A DNA stretch of 64,000 nt. It comes from Selaginella moellendorffii. Taxonomy: Eukaryota; Plantae; Lycopodiophyta. The notes below the pieces were generated by a model. That model worked only from the letters and a program-made list of their open reading frames with translations. It had not been told where the DNA came from and made no database searches. Shown here in pieces: positions 36,272 through 50,400 of the stretch. Position 1 is the first letter of the stretch. The number at the start of each line of letters is the position of its first letter. The DNA lies in NCBI RefSeq assembly GCF_000143415.4, contig NW_003314263.1, positions 4,344,159 to 4,408,158 of the forward strand, written 5' to 3'. The translations under genes were made by a program, and so were the position numbers.

Positions 36272-37622
36272 CTATATCATTGAAATAATTGTTGAGTGAG
36301 GCTGTAATGCTTTGCATTGCTGATCTATTAAAACCTTATGAAGTCATATGATGCAAGAGGTTATGCATTGGGAAGAGTTCTCATGCAAGAAGAACAACTT
36401 ATTACATATGAGAGTCGAACTTTAAATCCAATGGAGCAATGTTATTCCATATATGAGTAAAAGTTACTCTCCATTGTTAATGCTTTACAGGCATAGTGCC
36501 ACTATCTTTATGGTGCAATGTTCAAAGTGTTGACAGATCACAAACCTCTTGTATATCTTTTCACACAGAAAGAGTTGAACACTATGCAAGCTCGTTGGAT
36601 AGTCAAACTCATGGAGTTTGGGGAGTTTACTATTGAGCATCATCTAAGAAAATCAAATGTGATAGCAGATGCTTTATTTTGTGTTTGTCATGTGATAGCA
36701 TTACAAATACAGTTTTGTCATCATTTGAGTAAGGTGGTCAGTGAGTTTGGGTAGTTGGTTAACCATACTCAGGTTTAGAGTGTTAAAATGGTCTTTTTGC
36801 GAGCCTGGATGGAAGCACCTTTCTCATTGGTGGATGGGATTCTTTACTATAATAGCCATATATATTTGCCATGGGTGGATGCGTTAATTACTCAAGTTTT
36901 ATTCCACTTGGTTATTTTGGAGGGAAGAAGATATATAACTTGATTAAGCACAATTTTTATTAGGGGAATATAAAGGTTAATATCTTCGAGTATTGTAAAT
37001 CATACAAACTTTGTCAGTGAGTAAAAGGTGCCACAAAAAAAGCCAAAGGGACTTTTGCAACCTTTATCTATTCCTCAGAGCCATTAGTGTAATATCTCTA
37101 TGGGGGGATGGTCCAAAGTTGAGTTGAGCTCAATTCAACACAAGTCAACTCAAGTCAACACAATCAACTAGAAGTATTACAAAGGAAATCTAAATTTAAC
37201 AAATGAAGGTTCTAGCAAACTTTATAATATTTAAATACGTAAATATCTGAGTTAAAAGTTTCTATAAGATTGAATTAGACAAAGTTCATGAGAACCTATC
37301 TTTTATAAAGCTATATTATTTTATTATGACTACTATTACAGCTATCATATTTTGATTTGACTACTTAATATTTTGAATACTTTTACAGCTGTAGATACTA
37401 TTCCTTCATTCAAATTTTTTTTTGAGAAAATGGGAAGCAAGGAAAATCTGCGAGTAAAAGTTGTAGTGCAAAGGAATGTGAGAATGCTAATTTTGTTTCA
37501 CTACCACAATCTCCATATTACACTTTTGGTCCTTATTACCTATTTGGGAATATGGAGACCATTGTCATGATTGATAAAAATGCTTATATTACTTTTGAAA
37601 TAATAGTCTAGAGCAAGAGAAA

Positions 37623-40600
37623 TGTGTGAAACACAAAATCCCTAGACCCCAAAGTGGAGCCGAAAGGGTGCCACGTGGTAGTGGTTGAAGCGAAAGCCAA
37701 ATGAGTGTAACACATTTGGACCAAAAACTTTGACTTGAAAGGTCGAGAGTGGGAGTGGAATTCCCGACAAAGTGCTCAAGGAACAAGCACGAAACGAGTG
37801 ATAAGTGAGTCTCTAGAAAAGAGACACAAGTGGACCCGAGATGGAGTCCGAGATGGAACTGAGATGGAGTCTAAGATGGAGTCCAAGATGGAGTCCGAGA
37901 TGGAGTCCAAGATGGAGTTCGAGATGCAGTCCGAGATGGACCCGAGATGGAACCAAGATGGAGTCTGAGATGGAGTCCAAGATAGACCCGAGATGGAGTC
38001 CGAGATGGACCCGAGATGGAGTCCGAGATGGACCCGAGATGGAGTCCCAGATGGAGTCCAAGATGGAGTCTGAGATGGATCCAAGATGGAGTCCGAGATG
38101 GACCCGAGATGGAGCCCGAGATGGAACCAAGACCGAGACCGAGACCGAGTCCGAGTTCGAGTTCGAGTTCGAGTTCGAGTCTGAATTCTAATACAGGCTG
38201 TTGAGTGAAAGCCCAAAGTGATTGTCCCCCAGGCGGGGGGGGGGGGGGCGTGGGGGGTTCCAAAAGTATAGTAGGGAGAGTGTGGGGGTTGGAGCCTAGT
38301 GGCTAGTGGAGCCAGTTTGGCCAGGAAAGGCCTGTTTGGCCCAAGAAGGCCATACCTAGTGTGGGTGATAAGCTAACCACTGGGAAGTCCAAAACTAGAG
38401 TGAATACGGACCGATAAGTGGGGTAGCTTGGTGAAGTGGTCAAGAGCCGACTCTAGTTCCCCTGGGAGATCGAATGGTCGATGTTCCCAGTCCAAGTGTG
38501 GGTGGCACTACCTACTTGGATACCTGGCGTGGCTCAACGGAACCTCGCTCTAAACCCATAACTATAGCACCCAAAGGTCGAAAGTGGGGAGAGTACCCAT
38601 GAGGCTCGCATAGGGCCACGGTGTTCCAAAATGTTATCTCAAAGGCCCAGATAGTGGAAAGGAAAAGGAGTAGTCCTCTGGTGTAGTGACCAAGGATATA
38701 GTCGTGTGGTGAGGAAGTCCCAGAGGACTGTGGGACTTAGTGGTCAGGCCTGTGGGTCTCGACCCAGTGGCAGTGTTGGCGAACACGGCCATGGGAAGAA
38801 AGGGACTTAGTGGGGACTGGAAAAAGGATATTAAGGAAGGCTATTCCCCATGTTTGCGGTCATCCTAAGGATGCTAAGGAGTGGATTTGGGATGAACACC
38901 TATGGACGGATGGCCTAGTCTTTGAGAGACGGTACTGTGATGTAGGTGGTGTCAAACCACCAGTGTGACCAAGGTGAATAGGCATGGCTTTAGTGTAACG
39001 GGCTGATATGTTGGTGGTACCTTGGGGTGTTGGTCATGGGATTGGACATGTGGAGCACTTGGACCAAGTGCAATGGTTGAGTGCCATTCTTGGGGCTAGT
39101 AAGTCCCTAAGTCCAAAATAGGACTTACGGAGGTTGTGAGTGAGACTCCTCCAAGTGGTCGGAGGTGTGGTTAAGTGACTAAAGTAAAATGGAAAATTTA
39201 GTCGTTTACAACTTGGTATCAAAGCTGTTCGTTAGTATGACTTTTATTGGTGCTCAAGTATATCACCATTGATGTTGGCATTGGAAGGTCCTAGGAGTGG
39301 GCCTATCCTTGAGGAGTAGCATGACGAGAGGACATATCTCTCCACTCAAGTTTATACGTGAACTTGGGCGCGATGTGGTGGATAGAAAAGGGCTAGTAAG
39401 GGAATGACTTTGGGATCTTAGGAACAGTATAAGGGTTTCCTCAGAGAGTTGAGGATGTGATTCAAATGAGCATTTGACTTAACAAATTGGCTAATGTTGT
39501 TGTGGTAAACAACTATAGTTGGGATCACGGAAAAGATAGAGATTCCAAAAGTAATAAAGGAGTCACGAGATTATCCTCATATAGTTAAAGTTGGTGCTCA
39601 AGAATGTAAGACCAGAAGTAATGACCGCAAGAGGCTAAATATAGAAGAGGACACAAGTCCTTGAAATGGTAGTTAGGGCTATCTTTAATAAATGCTGGAA
39701 CAACCCAAGGAGTTGGGGGTGTAGGATGAGTTGGTATTCTCATCACATGGACAAGTAGTCTTAAGGGGCAAAAGTTGTCCCCAAAGAATGAAATCAAGTG
39801 TTAGAGTAACACTTGCAAAGATGGTCTTTGTGAGTAGGGCATGAATACAAGAAGTTGTATTTTAGCAAGCTAGCACCTCAAAATAAGACCTTATAGGTCA
39901 TTGGATTATAAAGTCCAAAATTGCTAGATAACTCAAGTAGAGTCAAAAAATGGTCCTAAGGGGTTGCTAAAAGCATTTGGACTAAAGTGTGTTGTGCCCC
40001 ATGAAGAATGGGGAGGATCATAAGATCCAAGCATGAGAATAGTGGGCATCTCATTGATGGCAGAAGGTGTCATATTAAAGTTATGGAAAAGGTATTCCCA
40101 GAAGAAAACAACTTTAACACAAAGTTGTATGTAAACTCTATAGTGCAATGTTAATGGATAGTTGGCATAAGAAAGGACCGTATTGGTCTTGGCAAGAACC
40201 TAAACACAGGTAAAAAGTGTCATAAAGGTAAACTTGTGGGGTTGATGGTGTAGAGACACCAAATGTGCTAAGGCATGATGCCTTAAGATGAAGTTTGCGA
40301 GTTCACGAGAACCCCTTCCCAAAGGAATCCTAATGAAAATGGGAATGGCATAGCCTAAGCTGGAAGGCATGTGGTTGGAGTGTGGTAACCTAAATAATGA
40401 TGAAAGTGTGGAAGCACCGAACAATGAGTTGTAAGATTTGACAACTATGAGGTAACTAAATAAGAGGTGCAAGATAATTAGTTAAACAGGTAGAAGGTAG
40501 CTATCCAAGGCTTCTTAATGGTATAAGGAAGTTAGATATACCCTTATGGGGAATAAATTGCTTATGTTGCCATATAGTGAGTCAATGTCGTAAGAGGAAA

Positions 40601-43310
40601 TGTTCATTGTTAAGAAAGCCATCATTAGGACACCCAAACACTAGAACACTAGGAGGTGGTATTTAGTGTCGCGAGGGCAATAGATAAGGCATAAAGGACT
40701 AAGTCCTTAGCGAATGATAGATAGGAGGTGCTATCCAAATGTCCAAGGTTGTAAAGATGGGAGAAGTCCATTTACTCGAATTGGACAAAGCCAAAAATGG
40801 GATTTTGGCAAAGCTAGTGATGGGCATATAAAGGTAGCAACATTAATCCTGGTGTGTGAGATTATAAAATGAGTATACCTGAATTGAGAAACCACTCCCT
40901 AGACTATCGGGTAGGTTCATCCTCAAGAATACTTGCTAAGGCATGGTAAAAAGTGCAAAGCTATCCTTCTAGGCTATAGGAGAATAACTGAAGGAAAGGT
41001 GTGAGGCCAAAAGCAAATAGTAAGGGGATAGAACCAAACCATAGGAATCAGAGAGCATAACCAAGGGTGGTTATGCCAGTTGAGAGTGGAGAATCAAATG
41101 GGCACTCAAGCATATTGGTATTAGCAACTGTGATGCCATGGAGAGTCTAAAGCATGGAATTGTCCATGTTAGACCATATGGTAATTAGAAAGCTTGCGAA
41201 AAGAAAAGGTTTAGCAAGCTAAGGAACAGAGTTCCTTGAAGGTTCCCAAAAAGAATTCTAAGTAGCTTAGTACCTAGAAAGCCAAGGGTAAATGGTTCAT
41301 AAAACGTGCGAAATCAAAGTGGCACAGCAGAAGCGTGGACTTGAAGCTTGCCATAAGGTAATGCTATCAAGGTTGGGGAAGTAGTTCTCAAGTATTCAAA
41401 GGGAGGGTTTTGAACGAAAGTAGATGGTCGAGGACTTTCACGCTTATGCATGAAACCATGTTACATTGGTCGGATGACTTGCTAAAGGGGGTTGGCAAGC
41501 TAGGGGAACAAATCCCCTAGTTGAAGGTGCTAACTTCAAAAGAGGTGGCCCATGGAGCCAAACATAGAGGAGTTCATGCATAATCACAGACTTGTCAAGT
41601 GAGAGGATCTGGCAGTGCGGAGGAACTAGGTTCCTAAGCTGTGATTTATAATGCGCTTTAAGTTAAGTTGGTGCACCGATGTGGGGAGTCACGCTAGACA
41701 TCTTGGGTGATGCTGTCTGTAGATGCATATACAGAGGTTGAGTTCGAGTCCCAACCCTTTAGTGCTTGGGTTTGAATCCCAACTCACTAGAGCGTGGTGA
41801 TGGTTTGAAATTAACAAAATTAATAAGGTGCCAAAGTGTGATCACTAGGTGATCTTAAGGCTAAAACAAGGACAAGGTCCTTGTGAGGTTAAAGGGATAA
41901 AGTTCCTAGTTCAAAATGTTGATTTGAACTATTGATAATGGTGTGGCTTGGTCAAGGTGACCAAGTGGGAAGAACATATAAGGGAAATGATTTATGCTAA
42001 TGCGAAAGAACAAGCACGAAGCGAGTGATAAGTGAGTCTCTAGAAAAGGGACACAAGCAGACCCGAGATGGAACTGAAATGGAGTCCGAGATGGACCCGA
42101 GATGGAGTCCGGGATGGACCCAAGATGGCCCTGAGATGGAGTCCAAGATGGACCCAAGATGGAGTTTGAGATGGAGTCCGAAAGGCTTGTTTGGCCCAGG
42201 AAAGCCATACCTAGTGTTGGGCGATGAGTTGACCACTGGGAAGTCCAAAACTAGAGTGAATACAAACCAATAAGTGGGGTAGCTTGGTGAAGTGTTCAAG
42301 AGCCGACTCTAGTTCCCCTGGGAGATTGAATGGTCGATGCTCCCAGTCCAAGTGTGGGTGGCACTACCTACTTGGATACCTGGCGTGGCTCAACGAAACC
42401 TCGCTCTAAGCCCACAGCTAGAGCACCCAAAGATCGAAGGCGGGGAGAGTACCCATGAGGCTCGCATAAGGCCACGGTGTTCCGAAATGTTGTCCCAAAG
42501 GCCCAGACAGTGGAAAGGAAGAGGAGTAGTCCTCTGGTGTAGTGACCAAGGATACAGTCGTATGGTAAGGAAGTCCCAGAGGACTGTGGGACTTAGTGGT
42601 CGGGCCTGTGGGCCTCGATCCAATGGCAATGTTGGCGAACAAGGTTATGGGCAGAATGGGACTTAGTGGGGATCGACTGGCTGATGCTCCCAGTCCAAGT
42701 ATGGGTGGCATTACCTATTTGGATACTTGGCGTGGCTCAACGGAACCTCACTCTAAGCCCATGGCTAGAGCACCCAAAAGCGGAAGGCAGGGAGAGTACC
42801 CATGAGGCTCGTGTAAGGCCACGGTGTTCCAAAATGTTGCCCCAAAGTCCCAAACTGTGAAAAGGAAGAGAAGCCATCCTCTAGTGTAGAGACCAAGGAT
42901 ATGGTTGTGTGAGGAAGAAGTCCTAAAGGACCATGGGACTTACTGGTTGGGCTTGTGGGCCTTGATCCAGTGGCAGTGTTGATGAACACGGCCATGGACA
43001 GAAAGGGACTTCGTGGGGACTAGAAAAGGGATATTGGGGAAGGCTATTCTCTATGTCTGTGGTCATCCTAAGGATGCTAAGGAGTGGATCTAGGATGAAC
43101 ACCTATGGACAAATGGCCTAGTCTTTGAGAGACAAGACTGTGATGTAGGTGGTGTCAGACAAATGGTGTGACCAAGGTGAATGGGCATGGCCTTAGTATA
43201 AAGGGCTGATATGTTGGTGGTACCTTGGGGTGTCAGTCATGGGATCGGACACGTGGAGCACTTGGACCAAGTGCAATGGTTGAGTGCATGGATGTCATTC
43301 TTGAGGCTAG
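37623..43310 (+). mobile_element. Degenerate LTR element with ~1.6-kb LTRs (family E)
   Basis: LTR ~37623-39210 ends ...TTTACA and is followed by PBS TGGTATCAAAGC (39214). A second, partly duplicated LTR lies at ~42000-43310. Internal region has no intact ORF. Confidence 0.75.
37834..38180 (+). repeat. Minisatellite (GAGATGGAGTCC / GAGATGGACCC units) inside the family-E LTR; shorter copy at 42060-42180
   Basis: Directly visible 11-12-bp tandem units. Confidence 0.9.
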
Positions 43311-43794
43311 AAAAGTTATAGTCATCGTAGTGTTTTTGTTCTCCTTAAGCTTCTTGGAAGTTTGTATTGAAATAGCTCGAAGGAAAGTCACTATTACTCG
43401 TACTTGGCCCCCTAATACAGTTGTTTACAAAATGTTGAAGGAGGAGATGGCAACACACAAGTGCTACAAAGTGATGGTGACAGGTGAGAATGATAATTTG
43501 ACAACTGATAATTTAATAGCTGACATTTGACACTTTCACTGACATCTAATATATAACAAACTCTTCATTTTATGTAAGGATGCAATTAACATTCTTTTGT
43601 CTCATCATCAACATAATGATTTTTTTTATGCTTCCTCCTATATTGGTATTATGGGGAACATTCACTTTGAATATGTTGAGCCATGACTTCTACATAGTTA
43701 GGGAGAATTCCAAATCCTCCAATTCTAGAAACTCCACGTGATTGTGATCTATAAAATAGAATTAAATATATATTGAAATTTTAATAAATATAAT

Positions 43795-43988
43795 TTACCA
43801 CTTTGAGGTTGGAGGCAACTCATGAAATACTCTGAGCCGGCATTTGAAGAAATGATCTTCAATAGCAAACACCGACCTACCAAAGTCACATGCTACCTCC
43901 ACCATAGAACCGCTACCTGCTGTGCAATCAATCACAATATCATTTGGTGGGCAATAGAGCTCAAGCAAGACTTGCATTGCTGGGATGC
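43795..43988 (-). pseudogene. N4-cytosine/N6-adenine DNA methyltransferase C-terminal fragment (SAM-binding motif I)
   Basis: MQVLLELYCPPNDIVIDCTAGSGSMVEVACDFGRSVFAIED matches the beta-class amino-MTase pattern LI..yS.pgD.VlD..aGSG....aa...GR..ia.E. Confidence 0.75.
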
Positions 43989-44151
43989 AATAACCTCGGC
44001 CCCTTGGGCGGCTAAACTGCCCGAGGTGGCCGGCCCGTGCTCGACCTTGGGCAATTTGGCCACCTGAGGGGCCGAGGTTATTCCAATAACCTCGGCCCCT
44101 CGGGCAGCTAAATTGCTTGAAGTGGCCAACCCGTACTCAACCTCGGGCAGT
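43989..44151. repeat. Tandem ~94-bp GC-rich fold-back (hairpin) units; array resumes at 52494-52593
   Basis: AATAACCTCGGCCCC...GGGGCCGAGGTTATT is nearly fully self-complementary (43989-44082); the next unit starts at 44085. Confidence 0.8.
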
Positions 44152-44499
44152 TTAAAAAGATGATTGGCGTGTTAGGGCATGGAGGGGTGCAGCGGCCAGC
44201 ACCATGGCTGCTGTGACTGGAGGAGCAGCCAAAGGCAGAAGAGCACCAAGGAGAGAGCGCCCAATCTCCTTGCACTTGCTACCGCCGGCGGGGACAGGTG
44301 ACATGACTGGAAGGGAGGAAGCTGAGAGCCCAGTTAGAAGGGAGAGGAGAAAACATAGCAAGGGAGGCTCAGCCAGAGGACCCTAAGGGTTCCAAGGTCC
44401 AGGACACTTAGGCAGTGCAGAACCATGAGGTGATCACACATAGGAGTGGAGCCCCACTTGAAGGTCTAGAGACGAAGGCAAATGTGTAGGTCCCAGACA

Positions 44500-47400
44500 G
44501 TGGAAAGACAACACATAGCAGTACAACTAGACCAGTGCAGCTGTGGGAACACTTCCAACAAGTAGTGGCGGCTAAGAAAGCGGAGCTGAAACTGAAAGCA
44601 GTCATCGCAGTGTTCTGAGGCAGATTCCCAACAGGGAACCTAGCCATCAACTAGCTCAATGCATCTTTGGAGTAAGGAATCACGGTCTAGAAGTTACTCC
44701 TGCATGGTAAAGGGTGCTATGCGGCGGTGTTCGAGGATGAGGAGGTGTAGAGGCAGGCTAAGGAGCTGCATGGACTGATTGACAGCCAATGAGCTTTGTC
44801 ATTTCACCCTTGGGTTCCAAGGTTCATAGTGGATGAACAAGTGCGACTGAAAGGAGGGAGCTTTCCCCTCAACATTACACTCTGGGATGTCCCAATGGAA
44901 ATGAGATCACAAGAGGTGGTGAAAGAGTTGGTGGAGAACAGTATTGGGAATATCACCTCAGGGCTGGAGACTGTAGAAGCCGATGGAGTGCTGAGACCAA
45001 TCAGACTCAAAGTATTTGTAGACTCCCCAGCAGAGACCCCCACAGAGCTGGTAGTGATGGGGCAGTACATCAGGGTCCAAACAGAAGCCACCAGAAGAAG
45101 ATGCAAACTTTGCCAAAAGTTGGGTCATCCAGAAGTGACATGCACAGTGAAGATGGGGAAACCCACTCTGGAATGACCGTTTGAACTCCCAGTGGAGGAA
45201 GAAAAAGTGCTGCTACAACGAGAATGCACCCACACTCCACACATCAGGTTCCCCCCAATAGCAGCACCCGGCTCCAAGTGCAAACTATTCAAAGGGCCTC
45301 TAGTAGAGACTAGTGAGGAAGGCTTCCAAGCAGTACTTCCTAAAATAGTGAATTTGGCGATCCGATGGATTCCTCTGAAGAGGGAATTAGCAGTAACAGA
45401 GGCAGGAAACTAGCTGGTCCAATGAGGGAATGCAGTATTCCCAGAAATAGTAGAGCTTGGGGACTACCAGACTCAAATGGAACGAGCCATAGCCAAATGG
45501 ATGGGATTCGCAAACTACACGGTGTGGGGATTCTCTTGGGCTAGACACAAAGGGAAGCCAATAGCAGTGTGGACGATATCCACAGAGTGGAGGGTGCAGC
45601 CAAGCACCAACAGGTTCTCCTGGAAATACATTGCGCTATGATGACCCTTACCTTTGTGATGTGGAATTGTTGGGGCCTCAGTTCCATGGACAATAGGCTC
45701 CACAAGAAAGTCCAACTGAAGTCACATATAAGGGAATTGGTACTAGAAGGCGGGATAGACTGTAAGCAACCAAAGGGAACGACTTGAGAGATGGTCCATG
45801 GGGTTCAAATAGAGAGGGAAAGGGCCTATGAACAAGAGTGCACCCCCTTTTCCAATCGGTTAAGGGTCTTGGGATATTTGGGGTTAAGCGTTCTTGGGTT
45901 TGAATAGTACTGGGTTGGGTGACATCTCAGGAAGTCCAAACTCAGGAGCTTACATTTGGTATCGGAGCGGTCTCAGGTCCGACTCTGTTAGTTGGCTAAG
46001 GGAATCACACCACATGTTGATTGACATCTGGCTGGTCCAGTTTGCTCCTGCTGGGCTTGACCCGAGGGGTAGGGTGTCAAGAGAGCGGCTCTCTCGAGAG
46101 AGCTGTGGCTCTTAACTTCCATTCACGAGGGCGTGAACTTGCAAGGAAGCGTGGTGGATTATAAGCAACCAAAGGGAACAACTTGAGAGACAGTCCATGG
46201 GGTTCAAATATAGAGGGAAAGGGCCTATGAACAAGAGTGCACCCCCTTTTCCAATTGGTTTAGGGTCTTGGGATACTTGGGGTTAAGTGTCCTTGGGTTT
46301 GAATAGTACTGGGTTGGGTGACCTCCCAGGAAGTCCAAACTTAGGAGCTTACATTTGGTATCAGAGCGGTCTCGAGTCTGACTCTATTGGTTGGCTAAGG
46401 GAATCACACCACATATTGATTGACATCTGGCTGGTCTAGTTTGCTCCTTTGCTCATGTTGGGCTCGACCCGAGGGGTAGGGTGTCAGGAGAGCGGCTCTC
46501 TCGGGAGAGCTGCGGCTCTCAGCTTCCATTCACGAGGGCGCGAACTTGCAGGGAAGCGTGGTGGATTGTAAGCAATCAAAGAGAACGACTTGAGAGATGG
46601 TCCATGGGGTTCAAATATAGAGGGAAAGGGCCCATGAATAAGAGTGCACCCCCTTTTCCAATTAGTTAAGCGTCTTGGGATACTTGGGGTTAAGTGTCCT
46701 TGGGTTTGAATAGTACTGGGTTGGGTGACCTCCCGGGAAGTCCAAACTTAGGAGCTTACATAGACTTCCTATGCCTCCAGGAGCACAAGATGGAAGCCAA
46801 ACCGGATTACAACTTTGGCATGAGAGGGAAAACTTGGTGGAACGCGATAGAAACAGCACGCTCCATGCCAGAGAGTGGTACAGCCATCATTGTCTCCCTG
46901 AAGTGGTCAGCATAACCAAGGGAGCATGAAGTGTTGGTGCCAGGAAGAGTGCAGCTCTTGCTGCTCAACCTGCACTTTGGACGGGTGGGGATTATAAAGG
47001 TTTATGCCCCAACCAACAGGCAGGCACAGACCCTCTTTTGGGATGAACTTCGAGTGAAAGCACGAGGCCGGGTGGAGCACTAGTTGATCCTAGGGGATTT
47101 CAACATGGTGGAAGGCACAGAGGATAGACGTGGAAGACAAAAGACCATTCAGGGTCAGGAACAATTGCAATGGCTTGCTCTCATAGAATAGCTAGAACTT
47201 ATGGATCTCTAGCATGAGGAAGGATTCACTCCACACACACACCCATTTACTTGTAGTGAATCAACAAGCTGCTAAGCACAACTGGATAGGATATATGCTT
47301 CCCCAAGGGTGAGACAAGATGGTGGGAGTCTAAAGACATGGCCATGCTTCCCCTCATTCTCAGACCATGACCCATTCCAGTGCATAATCAAGTTGCAGAA

Positions 47401-50400
47401 GGACAAGGGTACAGTAGTGCAGAGGGCCCTCTTGCTACACACTCTGACTAATGCAAAAGCAATAGCACAAATCAACTAGATCCTGGAAGGAAGGGAGTTG
47501 GAGCTTGCCACTGTCCTTAGGACTACTTGGACCAGTTGCAAGAGAGATAGCATGTGATAAAGGGAGAAGTGATGAAGGACCTGAGACTAGCAAGGAAGAA
47601 GGTGGCGGTGGCATAGAGGATGCCGCTGGCAGCCAAGGACGTAGAAAGGTGGCAAGCTGCTCTGGAACAGAGGGAAGTAGAGCTGTAGGAGAGAGAGTTC
47701 ACAGCATGGAGTTTTGGGGTGCAAACGCAAAAGGACTCATAGGCAGTAAATGAACATTTGCTGAACAAGGCATTCTACAGAGGTATCTGCCCAGTCATAG
47801 ACTCACCACCCATCCTTGGTGTCAAGGCAAAGGACGAAAAGTTGGTAGAAGACCAACATGGCATGTAGGATCTGGCGCAAGCATTCTACCAATGGTTGTA
47901 CACTGCACAACCAGGGTCTCCAGCTAGAGACCAGGCAGCAAAGAGAGTGCTAAAGACTCTATCACACAGAGTCCCGCAGGAATGGAATGAACCACTCGGG
48001 ACAGACCTCACGAGGGAGGATTCTCCATAGGGCCTTGGACAGATTGAGGGATGACAAAATGCCTAGGATAGATGAACTGCCCCCGAGATTCTTTCAGAAC
48101 AACTAGGAGGTGTTCAGCCTACTGATGATGAAAACTTGGAAGAAGGCACAGCAGGTAGAACATCTTCCGAAGGAGGTTTTGGAGGGCCAGATCATGCTGC
48201 TCTCGAAGAGAGGGGACCTTCAGGAACTGCGCAGCTGGAGACCAATAACAATGCTCATGACGGCGTACAAAATCTATGCCAAGGCAGTGGCACTTAAACT
48301 GCAACTAGTAATGCCCATCATTATTCGGGAACAACAGACTGGCTTTGTGCCAGGGAGGCAAATCTCGGAGAACATCTGGACCTATCTTCTGGCCCAAAGG
48401 TGGGCAAAGACCTCGGGAAAGAATTCAATGTCGTGGTTACATGACTTCAAGAAGGCATACGATCAGGTGGATTGGGATTTTTTGGAGGATTGTATGAGAT
48501 GAATAGGAATCCTAACACCCTTGGTAGCACATATCTCTCTCTTGTACCAGGGTGCCTTGAGCAGGGTAGTCATCAACAGCGACAAGGCCGCAGTTTCAAC
48601 TAGGGAGGTTGGTGCAACAAGGCTGCTTGCTGGCCTGAAGGCAAAGAGATCAGGGGTGTGGAGCTACCCAAAGAAAGAAAGCAACTCCCTGGAACACAAG
48701 CAGTGGGAAGGGACTTGCTGGATGGCGTGTTTGCAGATGACTCAACACTTTTTCTGCTAGGAACCAAGTCAAACCTAGATGTTGCAGGAACCAGGTTAGA
48801 GATTTTCAACACAGTAGTAGGAGCAGCCATCAATTCGAACAAGTCGGTAGGGATCAACTAGGGTTGCCCTGGCATAGAGGAGTGGGGATGTGACATTGAC
48901 TTCCAATGGTTGGCACCGGGAGAAGACACATGGTACCTGGGAATATAGGTAGGAGGTGAGTTTAAAGCATCCACGCAGGACTCAACATTGCTGCGGAGGA
49001 TCAAGACAACAATTCAGAAATGGGCTCCATGGAAACTAGGACTGCCGGCAAGGGTCGTGGTGGTGAAAAGCATCGTGCTGCCGTGTATATGGTATCACCT
49101 TTGAGTATGGCCGGTTCTAGAGACCACAATCAAACGTATAAGGTCGATTGTGCATATGTATGTGTGGAAGGGAGCACTAGTCAATGGTCGAATGATGGCC
49201 AAAGTGGCGTGGCAGTCCATGGCGAGGCCACGAGTCCTAGGAGGACTGGGGATAATCGACCCAAGCGACATGAGCAAGGCATTGAGGTATAAAGTCATAC
49301 TAATGGGCCTCCAACCGCCCAAGCTTGGAAGCTTCTTTTCAGGCAGAGCATGCTGGCAATCAGACCAAAGCATGGATACGCAACAATGTGGGATGATGAC
49401 CCCCGGCGGATGTTTGCTGAAGGACAGATGCAGGTGGTAGGGGGAGGCCTATTGGTCTAGAGTCTACATCAACTCTGGAAGTCATTCCCACTAATGCAAG
49501 TCACTCTGACCAGAGCAGAGGACTGGCTGAACCAACCGCTCTTCTTCAACACACTGTTTAAAATAGGGGACAAAACACTGGGTCGTGAGAACCACTATAC
49601 TATATGGAGGTGCATTCATCAGGGTGGATTTAGGACAGTCAAGCAACTACTTGAAGTGATAGACTCAGACCAATAGAAATCTTCCTGGTGCTTCCAAGTT
49701 TTTGGGCTAGGGAAGTGGCAAAATGTGCACATGGACCTGCTGAGGCTATTGAGGGCAGTAATAGAGGCAAGAACAATGGACAAATAGCTGGCAAGAACAC
49801 TACACGCTAGGGACTTTGTGGCAATCCAATGGGAGGACACACCGGAGGGTGAGCAGGGTTCCACTAGGACAATGGTCTCAGGTGTTCACAACACCAACTC
49901 CAGCCTGGACTGAGGGGGAAATAGAAGTGTGGTTTGTGACGGATCCAGATCAAAACCTCGGCAGGCTTTTTCAGGTGGTGCGAGGAGACACCCTCCTTGA
50001 GGTAGGGGGTATTCAAGCGTTGCCTCAGGTCATGGATGACGAAGTAAAAGGACGAATCCGAGTTTTGCGACAGTTGGCAACTCGGACAGAGGTGGTAGAA
50101 TCACCATTCTGGATAGAAGGAGACGGACACCTAGTATGGTGGTGAAAAGAGCTCATAGAAGATCTGGACTGTGACCTAGCAGTGTGGAGACATGGAGCGA
50201 ATGGATTCTTCACATATGAGGTCAAGGACGCACGGAATGGACTGATGATAAACAGGGAAATCAAGAGAGAAGAAATACTAAGACCGTGGCAATAGTGGAT
50301 CGTGCAAGGAGTGGAAGTGGACTAGGTGATTGACAACACAATGGCGTTCTAGAAACTACTGATCCAGGAGAAATCAAAGGTCACCTCTTGGCTCGTGGCA

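Larger units (their letters stand above)
30940..37100 (+). mobile_element. Degenerate Gypsy pol (protease, RT, RNase H, integrase remnants) with nested insertions
   Basis: LLDSGSDDNF protease; MPFGLTNAP and FLDDII RT (31851-32066); TDHKPL RNase H (36518-36754). Interrupted at ~32080-35462 and 35711-36271. Confidence 0.8.
37102..43988 (-). mobile_element. Element D, copy 1: GGGGGATGGTCCAAAG-terminated repeat carrying an amino-MTase(-HAD) cargo remnant, interrupted by an LTR element
   Basis: 37102-37620 matches ~61726-62222; 43311-43838 matches ~62832-62930 plus 63571-64000; contains the MTase fragment 43795-43988. Confidence 0.6.

Noticed and set aside
37735-38263. Several repetitive ORFs (MESEM.., SISDS.., HLGL..)
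   Set aside because: Artefacts of the 11-12-bp minisatellite in an LTR.
45880-45940. 5S rRNA gene
   Set aside because: Only the internal A/C-box part is present, embedded in LTRs with PBS and TSD; this is Cassandra.
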